Below, in pieces: positions 55,117-64,000 of a DNA stretch of 64,000 bases (positions are counted from its first letter, which is position 1; every line of letters begins with the position of its first letter). The stretch spans positions 126,559 through 190,558 of the forward strand of contig CAWDPK010000006.1 in NCBI GenBank assembly GCA_963804255.1, in the 5' to 3' direction. The position numbers were made by a program, and so were the translations under genes. Below the pieces are notes generated by a model, which saw nothing but the letters and a program-made list of their open reading frames with translations, did not search any database and was not told where the DNA came from. Origin of the DNA: an uncultured Acidimicrobiaceae bacterium (GTDB lineage Bacteria > Actinomycetota > Acidimicrobiia > Acidimicrobiales > RAAP-2).

Positions 55117-56265
55117 TTAGGTGTCGACGGCCTTGCCGATGGGGGTGATGTCGCCCGCCTCGGCCACCGAGTGGAGCGTTGTGGCCGCCTTGGGGAAGTC
55201 GCCCCCGGTGACCGCCCAGGACCCATAATCCCAGGTCACAGCGGCAAAGAGGTGTTGGTGGTCGGCCCAGCGGAGGAACTGGCTCACGAATGTCGGATTG
55301 TCGCCGCCGCCCGATTGCGCGACCGGCGCGAGCCCCCATTTGGCGATCATGAACGGCTTCTTGTGGGCCTCGGCGAAGGTCGAGAACCAGTTGGGGCCGT
55401 AGGGGGCCTCCGCGAACTCGTTCCACCCGAAGCCGACCACCGTCGGCCCCACGTCGAACGCGTCGGTGGCCACGATGTCCACGTACGCGTTCCCCGGATA
55501 GAGCGCCGCGGGGAGCACCGGGTCCGAACCGGGCGCGGGGTCCCAGGCGAACTGGAACTGCTCACCGGAGACCGAACGCATGGAGGTCACGATCTGGCGC
55601 CAGTAGGCCACGTACTCGGCCGCCGCCGCTGCCGTGGTTGCCGCCCACGGCAAGGTGGAGGCCTCGGGGTCCCAGCCGAGCATGATCACCGAGCTGGCCT
55701 GGCCGTTCTCCACGAGCGTGTAGGCCAGTTGGCTGAAGTAGGCGTCGTACTGGCCGGACGCGCCGGCGGCCAGGGTGGCCCCGGTCGTCGGCAGCATCGG
55801 GACACCCCAGATCATCCGGAAGCCCGACCCGCTCCAGCGCTGCACGAACCAGATCGGATTGGCGATCGTCTGCCAACTCGAGCCGTCCAGGTAGTCGAAC
55901 GCGTACGGCACCGGCGCGCCGGCGTCGGCGCTGAACGCCGTTGCGGCGACCGGGGAGCCCGGACCGGCGTAAACACCGAGGGGCACGGTCTGTCCGATGG
56001 GCTTGGTGGTGGGTGTGGTCGTCTTGGGCGTGGTGCTCTTAGGAGCGGTGCTCTTGGGCGTGGTCGTCTTGGGAGCGATGGTTGGCGCGGACCGGGTCGC
56101 GGTGACGCCGGGCGTGTTGACGGCGTTCTCGGAGACGACCAGCACGAGTAGCCCCACGGCCACCCCCATGGCCGCGATGAGCGTGAGGGTTGCCAACAGC
56201 TGGCGCGGGCGGAACGCGCGGGCGACGCGGTGCCTCAACACCCGGAACTCTCGGCGCAATGTCAT
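55117..56265 (-). CDS. membrane-anchored glycoside-hydrolase-like protein (GH26-like TIM barrel, tentative)
   Basis: N-terminal TM and a Thr/Pro/Lys linker, then WGVPMLP, LGWDPEAS, YWRQIV, LYPGNAYVDIVATDAFD, KKPFMIAKWGL. The family call is tentative: a Glu at the expected nucleophile position was not evident. Confidence 0.55.
   Translation of the reverse strand: MTLRREFRVLRHRVARAFRPRQLLATLTLIAAMGVAVGLLVLVVSENAVNTPGVTATRSAPTIAPKTTTPKSTAPKSTTPKTTTPTTKPIGQTVPLGVYAGPGSPVAATAFSADAGAPVPYAFDYLDGSSWQTIANPIWFVQRWSGSGFRMIWGVPMLPTTGATLAAGASGQYDAYFSQLAYTLVENGQASSVIMLGWDPEASTLPWAATTAAAAAEYVAYWRQIVTSMRSVSGEQFQFAWDPAPGSDPVLPAALYPGNAYVDIVATDAFDVGPTVVGFGWNEFAEAPYGPNWFSTFAEAHKKPFMIAKWGLAPVAQSGGGDNPTFVSQFLRWADHQHLFAAVTWDYGSWAVTGGDFPKAATTLHSVAEAGDITPIGKAVDT
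56016..56075 (-). repeat. 4 imperfect 15-nt tandem repeats encoding a PK(T/S)T(T/A) linker
   Basis: tggtcgtcttgggcg / tggtgctcttaggag / cggtgctcttgggcg / tggtcgtcttgggag. Confidence 0.8.
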
Positions 56266-57770
56266 CGGACACCTCCCGCTCGAACGAGTGCCGCCGAAGC
56301 GACCTCGGGTGTGCCAACCGCGCGCCGGTCAACCGGACGCGGCACCGCGATGGCCAGGAGGCACCAGAGCACTTGGGGCAGGCCGCCGTTGCTCAGGAAC
56401 GGCCAGATGAAGTTCATGGCGAGCATTGCGACCACCGTGACCGCGAGGGCGCGGCCGAGCGCCTGGTCGAAGGGATCCTTCGAGCGAGCGGCTTCACGGC
56501 TCCGCTTGAGCATGACCAAGGCGAGGCCGGCGAAGAGGACCAGCAGCGGGATCCCGCCCTCCATGAGGAACGAGATGTACTGGGACTCGGGGTAGCGCCA
56601 CTGGATGGAGGCGGGGAGATTCACCCCGTAGCCGCCGAGGGGCCGCGCCTCGATGGCGGGGATGTACTGGGTGGTCCAGACATTCCAGCGGTAGTCGAGG
56701 GTCTGGGGGACGCCGGCATGGCGACCGGAGCCCGCGCTCGAGGAGAACTCCTGGTTGAGCCGCGTCGCGAGGAACGGCGCAGCGACCAGCGCCCCGATCA
56801 CCACCGCCGCCCCGGCGAACCGCAACGCGCGTCGGCCTTGTCCGTACTGGACCGCCAACACGACGGTGCCGATGGAGAGCAAAAGGATCGCGGAGAGCTC
56901 CTCGGTGAGCAAGAGTCCCGTCAGCGCGACCACGCCGATGATCCAGGCGGCCCGGCGGTGTCGGCCGATCTGCCCGGACAACGTGAGGGCGCACAGGACG
57001 AGCAGGAGGGGAAGGAGATAGCCGGCCAGCACGGCCCAGTTGTCGAACGGTCCGGTCGCCCGGGTGCTGGTACCGACCGAGGTCGGCCCGTACAGCCCAC
57101 CGGTGGCCGTGGTGAGGAAACGAACCACCGACCCGACACGCAGCTGCTGGAGCACGGCCAACAGGGCGACCGGCACGGCGGCGACGAGGAGCACCGCCAC
57201 CGCGGTGCGGCGCTCGGCCTGGGTGCGCAAGGAGGTGCGCACGGCCCGATAGATGATGAAGAACTGGAGCTGTCCGAAGACGGTGCCCCAGCCGGTGAGG
57301 CTCAGATGCTGGTCGAGGGTGATCGCGTCGACCGTGCCGAAGATCGCCCACCCGGCGCCGTAGGCCAAGAGCAACCAGTCGAGGCTGGACCAGGGCACGG
57401 CGTCGGACCGGCGCGCCGAGATGAGCACGGTCGCCCCGACCACTCCGATGAGCAGCTCTGAGACTCGAACGTGGGCGACCGGGACACCGGGAGCCATGCC
57501 CGAGAGGATCGGCACGGCCCCGACCAAGACGAGTCCGCCGATGACCGGCCGGAGCAGGACGGCTACCACCAGGGCCAAGCCGGCCAACGCGGCCAACCCC
57601 ATGTCGGGCTTTCTCACGACGACGAAGCCCAGCACGAACGCGAGGACGACGGCGCCAAGGCCGAGCAAGATCGGCCGGGGCCGCTCGGCGAACCAGCTGT
57701 TGTCGGGCGTTCCGGCGCGCCGTCTCCCCGCAGGGCGAAGGAGTGCGGCCTCGCCCGGCTCAGCCCACAC
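56262..57770 (-). CDS. O-antigen ligase / polymerase-like (Wzy_C family) membrane protein
   Basis: 502 aa, more than 10 TM segments, one large loop (…TSVGTSTRATGPFDNWAVLAGYLL…). The stop overlaps the next ATG (ATGA at 56262-56265). Confidence 0.75.
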   Translation of the reverse strand: MWAEPGEAALLRPAGRRRAGTPDNSWFAERPRPILLGLGAVVLAFVLGFVVVRKPDMGLAALAGLALVVAVLLRPVIGGLVLVGAVPILSGMAPGVPVAHVRVSELLIGVVGATVLISARRSDAVPWSSLDWLLLAYGAGWAIFGTVDAITLDQHLSLTGWGTVFGQLQFFIIYRAVRTSLRTQAERRTAVAVLLVAAVPVALLAVLQQLRVGSVVRFLTTATGGLYGPTSVGTSTRATGPFDNWAVLAGYLLPLLLVLCALTLSGQIGRHRRAAWIIGVVALTGLLLTEELSAILLLSIGTVVLAVQYGQGRRALRFAGAAVVIGALVAAPFLATRLNQEFSSSAGSGRHAGVPQTLDYRWNVWTTQYIPAIEARPLGGYGVNLPASIQWRYPESQYISFLMEGGIPLLVLFAGLALVMLKRSREAARSKDPFDQALGRALAVTVVAMLAMNFIWPFLSNGGLPQVLWCLLAIAVPRPVDRRAVGTPEVASAALVRAGGVR

Positions 57771-59489
57771 GGCCCGACACCCGACTTCGCAGCCGGCGAT
57801 TCGCCAACACCGCCCACACCGGGGGGCGGTCGATCATGCGCAGGCGCTCGGCCGCCGCCACGACGTCTCGCTGACGGGTGCCGGGGTGCGACACCAGCAC
57901 CGTCGGTCCCGTTCCCCGGCTGAGCTCGACCACGCCCGAGGAGAACGAGGGGCTGATGGCGACGGCCGGACCGTTGGTCGGCCAGCAGGGCCGGAGCCCA
58001 CGAGCAAGCTCCATGGTGGGCGCGGTGTCCGAGACGGCGATGGGGACGACGGTGAGGCCCCTGCCGGTGCCGGCGTCAGAGAGCACCCGGGCCAGCTCGG
58101 CGAAGGAGAGGTCGTGGGGAATCAGCGCGGCGCGGCAACCGGCCGCGGTGGCCATCGCCGCCGCGTCGTCGATCCTCGGGTCGGCCCTCTCGGCCGCCAG
58201 GACCAGGATCAACCCGACCACGAGACCCAAGAACGCACCCAAGGCGATCCCGTACTTGTGCAGGGTTCCCTGCCGGTGCGCCGTGTTGGGCACGTTGACG
58301 AGGGCGACCGAGCCGGCCGCGATGGCGGCCGTGAGCGGGGTGTTGCTTGTCACCGCGCCGGCGATGGCGTCGGCACCGGCCACCGCCTGGTTAGCCGTGG
58401 GTGCGCTGAAATCGACGAGCAGCAGCGAGGTGCCGTTCTCGACCGTCACGGTGAGGTTGTGCTCCACCGTGCTCGTCGACATGTTCAGCATGCTGGCGGC
58501 GGCCGAAAGGATCGACTGGTCCTTGGGGACCAGGGCCGAGTAGGTCGTGGCCAGGGCCAGCGCGTCGTTGGCGCTGCCCGGACCCGTCCTGCCGGCGCCG
58601 GACTGCACGACCAGGGTGGCCTGGGCCGAGTAACTGGTGCCGGCGTGCTCACCCGCGAACCATCCTCCGGCCGAGCCGGCGATCAACGCCAGCGCGAGCA
58701 GCCAGCCTCGGCGGATGAGTCCCTTCGGGACGTGGGGACGCCTCGCGACGAGGCCTGGGGTCACCACGCTGTCGGCCGCCTGGGGCGCGACCGGGGTCGA
58801 AGCCACGGGCACCGGGGCGGGGCGGGGCGGGTTGGGCACCACGATCGCGTTCGGCGTGCTCACCTGGTACTGGTAGGCGGCCGACGAGGCGGCGGTCGGC
58901 GGAGCCGACTCCCCGGGTCGGGGCGGGTTGGCGAGGGAGCGGGGACAGGCTCGGCGGCGTGCTCGGAAGCCGGCGTGACCGGGCCCGGGGTGACCGGAGG
59001 TCCGCTCGATGCACGGTCCCACTCCGAGAGCGCCGTCTGATCGATCGGCAACGTCTCGGGGCTGGGAGGAGTCGGCGCGATCGGACCGGCCGGGAGGTCC
59101 TCCCAGACCATCGAGTAAAGACAAGCCGGAGCGCCTCGCTGGGCGCAGGTGTTCTCGACCAGGGAAGCCTTCACGGCGCACACCTGCTCGGGGACCGCCG
59201 CCAGGAGGCCCTTGACCAGCTCGCAGGCGACCTGGGCGCTGACCCGACCGTCGGACTTGGCCCGCAGCACGACCATGCCCGGGCGGGTCCGCAGGATCTC
59301 AAAGCTGATGCCATAGGTGCTGAGGAGTGGGCGCGCGTCGGCCAGCACCTCGGCAACGCCGGGGCGCTCGCCGGCCCGCGAGGCGAGCAGCGGGTGTTCG
59401 GCCAGCTGACGGCCGGTGAGGCGGGCTTGTTCGGCCGGGGCCTGCTCGGGGTTCGTCGACATCGTGGGAAGTGGGGTCGACATAGCCAT
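57760..59489 (-). CDS. V4R-domain / Pro-rich linker / Wzz-type polysaccharide co-polymerase with degenerate kinase-like C-terminus; 1-nt frameshift near 58915
   Basis: N-terminus: MVVLRAKSDGRVSAQVACELVKGLLAAVPEQVCAVKASLVENTCAQRGAPACLYSMVWE (V4R pattern). After a ccgggg run, the other frame carries TM-periplasmic-TM (GWLLALALIAGSAGGWF ... GIALGAFLGLVVGLILVLAAE) and a C-terminal domain lacking a Walker A motif (VVPIAVSDTAPTMELARGL). Confidence 0.6.
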
Positions 59490-61348
59490 CAGTTCGCAGC
59501 CTCCGCGGCCCGGTGACGGGCGCTCTTGCGCCGGTACATTTCACGGTCGGCCCGCACCAACAGTGTGGTCGGGTCCTCGTTGCGGGGGTCGGCGGCGACC
59601 CAGCCGATCGACGCGCTCACGGCCAGCGTCTGCCCCCGCACCTGGTAGGGGGCCGTGAGCGTCTTGCGAATACGGGAGATGACCATCTCGATCTCGCCCG
59701 GGTCGTCCGAGGCGGCGTGGGCGACGACGAACTCGTCGCCACCGAGCCGGGCGACGATGTCGCTCGAACGGACGGCGCCCTGGATGCGGCGGCCGACGGC
59801 CACCAGGACCTCGTCGCCGACGTCGTGGCCGAAACGGTCGTTGATCATCTTGAAGTCGTCGAGGTCCAAGAACACGAGCGCGATCGAGCCGCCTCGGGTT
59901 CGGAACTGGAGAAGGACGCGGCGCAGGTAGTCGAGCGAGCAGGTAACGGTTGGCCAGGCCGGTGAGCGGGTCGTGGAGGGCCAGGTGCATCAGCCACGCC
60001 TCTTCTTCGAGCTGCGAAGTGACGTCGCGCAGGACCAGCAACGCGCCGGTCGACCCGTCTTCGAGTTCGAACGGCTTGGCCGAGGCGACCAGGTGACGGC
60101 GGTCCTCGCCGGCCAGCTGCAGCTGCTCGGAGCGGACCACGGTCCCGTGCAGCGCTCGGGTCATCGGGTGGTGGGCCTCGGTCAGCGGAGATCCGTCGGA
60201 GCTGCACAGGGCGGGGGAGTAGGGGAACGGTTGACCGTCAGCTCCTCGTCGTCGGCAAGCCCCTGCAGTGCCCGGGCCTCGCGATTCGCGATGAGCACGG
60301 TGCCCTCGGCGTCGCACACGATGATTCCCTCGTCCAGCGCGTCGAGCAGGACCCGCAACGTGGTGCCGGCGGGAAGACCCGCACCCGCCGCGACCGCCTC
60401 CCGCAAGAGAGCCACGTGGCAGTCCCCGACGAGTCGGCTGGAGAACCGGGCCCCGCTGACCTGGACGGCCAGGGAGTCCCCGTCGACGTGCACCATGTCG
60501 AGGTTCCGACCCGGAAACGGCGCGTCGAGGAGCGATGCCGGCGAGTCGGGGCCCGTCGCACCGGCGGAGTGGAGCATCTCGGTGACGTCCTCGGCCGAGG
60601 ATCTCCTCGGGCAGGAGCCCGCTCAGGTCACCGACGGCGGCGTTGGCGAAGACGATCGTGCCGTCGTCGCGGGTGACGACCAGACCCTCGGGCAGGTTGT
60701 CGACGATCTCGTCGAGCAGCCCGATGCCCGAGGGCACGTCGGGCTTTTGGCCGTCCTCCCGATCGGCGGTGATGGGCTCGGTCTCGTCCGTTGGGGCGTT
60801 TTCGTCGATGAGGACGGACTGGTTGACGACCGGGATTCCCGGCGGCTCGGTCGGGGACTCCTCGATCTCGACGGTGTCGTTCTTGGCGTAGAAGCCGGGG
60901 CCGCCCAGGGTGAGTTCGCCCGCGGCCAACTGCTCGCCGAGGCCCTGGGTCAGCCGGAGCAGGCCCAGCCGCTGCTCCTCGTCGAGCTCGGGCAGCCAGG
61001 TGTCGACGACGCCCAAGCAGGCCATACCATTCGCCGTCGGCCCGGATGGGCACGGCCACACAGGCCAGCGAGTCATCGGCGGATTCGTTCTCTCCGAGGA
61101 TCTCGGCGTTCCAGAAGGGCTCGTTGCCCTGGGCACCGGGGCGCTCCAGGCACGAACGGGCGAGCAGGGCCACCCGCTCGACCGAGGTCCGACGGGCCGG
61201 GTCCGGCCAGCTCGAAACGGACATCGCCCCTGGTAGACACCACAAAGGCGCCAAGACCCATGCACAGATCCCGGGCCAGGCGCACGGCCTCGATGGTCTG
61301 GTCCTCTGCGTTGTTCATGGCCCGCAGGATACGGGTGGCCGGTCCCAC
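59489..61348 (-). pseudogene. GAF-PAS-PAS-GGDEF diguanylate cyclase, at least 5 frameshifts
   Basis: Intact GGDEF tail (ORF 59489..59875: FLDLDDFKMINDRFGHDVGDEVL...ARLGGDEFVV). Upstream pieces in other frames: HLALHDPLTGLANRYL, LLDALDEGIIVCDAEGTVLIANREA, LLDEIVDNLPEGLVVTRDDGTIVFAN, and GAF-like EDQTIEAVRLARDLCMGLGAFVV / LACVAVPIRADGEWYGLLG. Confidence 0.7.
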
Positions 61349-61437
61349 GAACGTCTTTCGAGTGTCCCGCCAACCCAGTCCATGATTCGTCGTTTCGGGG
61401 GACGGTCAGTGGACGGCCCCTCCTTATGGTTCGACTC

Positions 61438-61638
61438 ATGTTCGTTTCCTACGTCCTTCGAGTTCGACCCGAGAGCCTGAGCGAGGGGCGGTTCACCGGC
61501 GAGGTGGAGGCCGTGGGAACCGGCCAGCGCTACGCGGTCCGCTCGGTCGACGAGCTCTTGTCGTTCGTGCTCGAGACCATGGGTGAGGAGCTGGCTCTCA
61601 CCCGCAACGCCCGTTCGGGCCAGGAGGCCGAGCGGTGA
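61438..61638 (+). CDS. small hypothetical protein coupled to the priming transferase
   Basis: MFVSYVLRVRPESLSEGRFTGEVEAVGTGQRYAVRSVDELLSFVLETM. The stop overlaps the GTG of the next gene (GTGA at 61635-61638). Confidence 0.45.
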   Translation: MFVSYVLRVRPESLSEGRFTGEVEAVGTGQRYAVRSVDELLSFVLETMGEELALTRNARSGQEAER

Positions 61639-63133
61639 GCACCCCCACGATCCCCCGGCAGGCGATGACCTCGGCGGGAACCTTGACGGTCGTCACCCCG
61701 CAGTCGGGTCGGCGCATCGAGCTGTCGGTCCCCGCCGAGCAGACGACCACCCGGCCCAGCTGGGTGTGGCTCGCCACGAGCGACACGCTGGTGGCGCTCG
61801 TCGTGTTCTTGGCGGTGAGCAACCTGTTGCCGGGCGTTGTTCCCTCGGGCAACGCCGTCGATCACCCACCTGCAGTTCGTCTTGATCTCGTGGCTCGCCT
61901 TGGCCGCCGCGATGATCGCCAAGCGCGTCTACCCCAAGGCGCGCCGTCACATCGCCCCGACCCCGGCCGACGACCTGATGAATCTCGAGGCCGCGATCGC
62001 GATGGGGGCCCTGGTCACCCTCGCGCTGGCGGCGATCGTTCCGTCGTTCTTGCACGGAGCACTGCGCCCGGGCGTGGTCGCGGTGGCCTTCGCCGGGTGC
62101 GCGATCGCCCTGCCGTTGGGCCGCGCCGTGACCATCGGGGTACGCGGCCGTACCGCCGTCGCCCGGCCGGCTCGGGTGGTGGTGGTCGGCACCGGAACCA
62201 TCGCGTCGGACGTCGCGGCCCGGCTCTCCCGGTCGCGCCACGTCGAGCTGGTCGGGTTCGTCGACGACGACCCGGTGGACGGCCAGCCGGTGCTGGGCGA
62301 CCTGGCCTCGCTTCCGGCCATCTGCGAGCTCGGCCAGGTCGACCGGGTCGTGGTCGCGTTCAGCCGGTCGCACCCGGCCCGGACGACCGATCTGCTCCGT
62401 TCCTCGTCGGGACGGTGGCCGTCGACGTCGTGCCGCGGTACTTCGAGCTGACCGGTTGGGAGGCCAGCTTCCAGGACCTCGAGGGCCTGGCGGTGATCAG
62501 CCTCGACGGCGGAAGCCCGGGTCTGTTCGGACGGTTCGCCAAGCGGCTCTTCGACGTGGTCGGTGCGACGCTGCTGCTGGTCGTCCTCGCACCGGTCCTG
62601 TTGGTCGTCGATCGTCGCGGTCAAGGCGACCTCGCCGCGGCCCGATGCTGTTCCGCCAGGACCGGCTCGGCCGCGACCGCCGCCCCTTCCAGATCTTGAA
62701 GCTGCGCACCATGCGTCAGCCCGGGCCGGCCGAGAGCGCCCTCGGCGTCCGCCACATCCCCCGACCCCTCGCCCATCTGCCCGAGATCGAACAGCGGGTG
62801 ACGCCGGTCGGACGGCTCCTGCGCCGGCTCGGCATCGATGAGCTGCCCCAGCTGCTCAACGTGCTGCGGGGCGACATGTCGCTCGTCGGGCCGCGGCCAT
62901 TCGTCCCCGAGGAGTGCTCCGTCCTGCCCGAATGGGTGGGGCGGCGCTTCGAGATCCGCCCCGGACTGACCGGGCTGTGGCAGGTGTGCGGCCAGCACGA
63001 CCTGCGCTTCGACGAGCTGTGCCGGCTCGACTGTCAGTACGTGGTCAGCTGGTCCTTCGGCGCCGACGTGCGCATCCTCGCCCGCACCCCGGGCCGCCTG
63101 TTCCGGGGTGAGGGAGGAGGAACGGTCCGATGA
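61635..63133 (+). pseudogene. undecaprenyl-phosphate sugar phosphotransferase (bacterial sugar transferase, WbaP/CpsE-like), at least 4 frameshifts
   Basis: Pieces in three frames: N-terminal TMs; RVVVVGTGTIASDVAARL..VELVGFVDDDP; VDVVPRYFELTGWEASFQDLEGLAVISL..RFAKRLFDVVGATLLLVVLAPVLL; LFRQDRLGRDRRPFQILKLRTM...DELPQLLNVLRGDMSLVGPRP...RPGLTGLWQV. Confidence 0.75.
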
Positions 63134-64000
63134 GCATGTCGACGGCCATCCCCAGCATCTCGGTGGTCACGGCCACCAGGGGTCGTCCGGAGTACCTGGC
63201 CCAGCTCGTGCCGAACGTCCTGGCCGACCGATGGGTGCGGCACTTCGTGGTCGCCGTCGACGGGGAGGACCCCGAGACGATGGCCCTGTTGTCTTCGCTG
63301 AAGGACCGCTTCGATCGGCTGGTCTTCGCACAGGTCGCGCACGGCCCGATCCCGCACGGCGGTCAGCTCCGGGCCCTCGACCACGGTCTCACCCTGACCG
63401 ACGCGGACGTGGTGCTCCTGCTCGACGATGATGTGGTCCCCACGCCCGGTCTGGCCGCCGCTCACGCCCGTGTTCACGCCAACCGGTCGGGCCTCGTCGT
63501 CGTCGGCCCCATGCCGGTGCAGCTCCCCGAGGTCCGGGCCGACGTCGGGAGCCTTCTGTACGCACGCAGCTACCTGCGCCATATCGCCGCCATCGAGGCG
63601 GGGGAACACGACGTCTTGGAACGGTTGTGGCTGGGCAACGTGTCGATCCGGCGGTCCGACTGCCTGTCGGTCGGCCTGTACTCGCCCGACTTCACCGCCT
63701 CGTACCACGACGACCAGAACCTGGGCTTGCGACTGGCCGAGGCTGGGCTGGTGGGCCGCTACGCCCCGGACCTGGTGGCTGCGCACCAATACCGGCGCTG
63801 CGACTCGGCGTTCCTGCGCGACGCGCGTCGCCACGGCGCCGGCATGGTGCACCTGCACCATGTCCAGGAACGGTTGGGGCCGTTCGACCCGACCATCTTC
63901 ACCCGCGACCTTCCCGCCCCCTTCGCGGTGGTGGTCCGTCGCATCGGATCGAGCCCGATGGCCCTCGGTGTCGCCCGGGCCCTTCTCAGGTTGGCCGGCC
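63130..64000 (+). CDS. glycosyltransferase family 2 protein (3' end beyond the window)
   Basis: The ATG at 63130 overlaps the upstream TGA (ATGA). ISVVTATRGRPEYL, VVLLLDDDVVP (DxD), LWLGNVSIRR. Absent from the ORF track because no stop is reached before 64000. Confidence 0.8.
   Translation, partial: MSMSTAIPSISVVTATRGRPEYLAQLVPNVLADRWVRHFVVAVDGEDPETMALLSSLKDRFDRLVFAQVAHGPIPHGGQLRALDHGLTLTDADVVLLLDDDVVPTPGLAAAHARVHANRSGLVVVGPMPVQLPEVRADVGSLLYARSYLRHIAAIEAGEHDVLERLWLGNVSIRRSDCLSVGLYSPDFTASYHDDQNLGLRLAEAGLVGRYAPDLVAAHQYRRCDSAFLRDARRHGAGMVHLHHVQERLGPFDPTIFTRDLPAPFAVVVRRIGSSPMALGVARALLRLAG

Noticed and set aside
59541-61439. 632-aa ORF covering the diguanylate cyclase region
   Set aside because: It is a mosaic of a few genuine PAS/GGDEF-linker segments and long Arg/Gly/Pro-rich out-of-frame stretches. 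The real gene is reconstructed from three frames.
1-64000. CRISPR arrays, rRNA genes, riboswitch-like leaders
   Set aside because: I saw no regularly spaced 25-40-nt direct repeats. There is no rRNA-like sequence. The longer leaders (4297-4700, 13755-14145, 53268-53826) showed no motif I could match to a known riboswitch by eye. An Infernal scan would be decisive.

Overview
GC-rich window (about two-thirds G+C by eye, not computed) with actinobacterial-type gene content. Long spurious antisense ORFs are common, and GTG, TTG and possibly CTG starts are used. Positions 1-39,600 hold mixed housekeeping and accessory genes. These include a decayed integrative-element scar (tRNA-Leu-like 3' half plus recombinase and integrase fragments), a secreted NHL-like propeller protein with CWB2 wall-binding repeats, an orphan branched-chain amino-acid binding protein, and two paralogous DHA2 MFS pumps (one coupled to a MerR regulator). 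They also include an IS30 fragment, two Amidohydro_2 paralogs, a DrrAB-like ABC-2 exporter, an NfeD gene followed by a truncated stomatin gene, a Mut7-C RNase, a SulP/STAS transporter, a USP, a Vsr remnant, a ferritin-like protein divergent from a methyltransferase, ABM/GYD small proteins, a class V aminotransferase, a D-cysteine desulfhydrase-like enzyme and DUF2277. Positions 39,600-64,000 form a Wzx/Wzy-type polysaccharide locus. It encodes a priming sugar transferase, a GT2, a Wzx-like flippase, an O-antigen-ligase/polymerase-like protein, a V4R-fused chain-length determinant, GH2 and GH26-like glycosidases and two c-di-GMP-type proteins. The most interesting feature is a tightly coupled cassette inside this locus: AcpS, a carrier protein, an acyl-CoA-dehydrogenase-fold enzyme, a seryl-tRNA-synthetase-like amino acid:[carrier protein] ligase, DUF1839, a fused alpha/beta-hydrolase pair and two CelD/FemAB-like GNATs. 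I read this as a candidate aminoacyl-carrier-protein pathway that decorates a glycan. Caveat: many conserved genes carry 1-nt frameshifts, and these are strongly clustered in the polysaccharide locus. They are either assembly indels (some sit in homopolymers) or real gene decay, and this cannot be decided from the sequence alone. No CRISPR array, rRNA or complete tRNA was seen.
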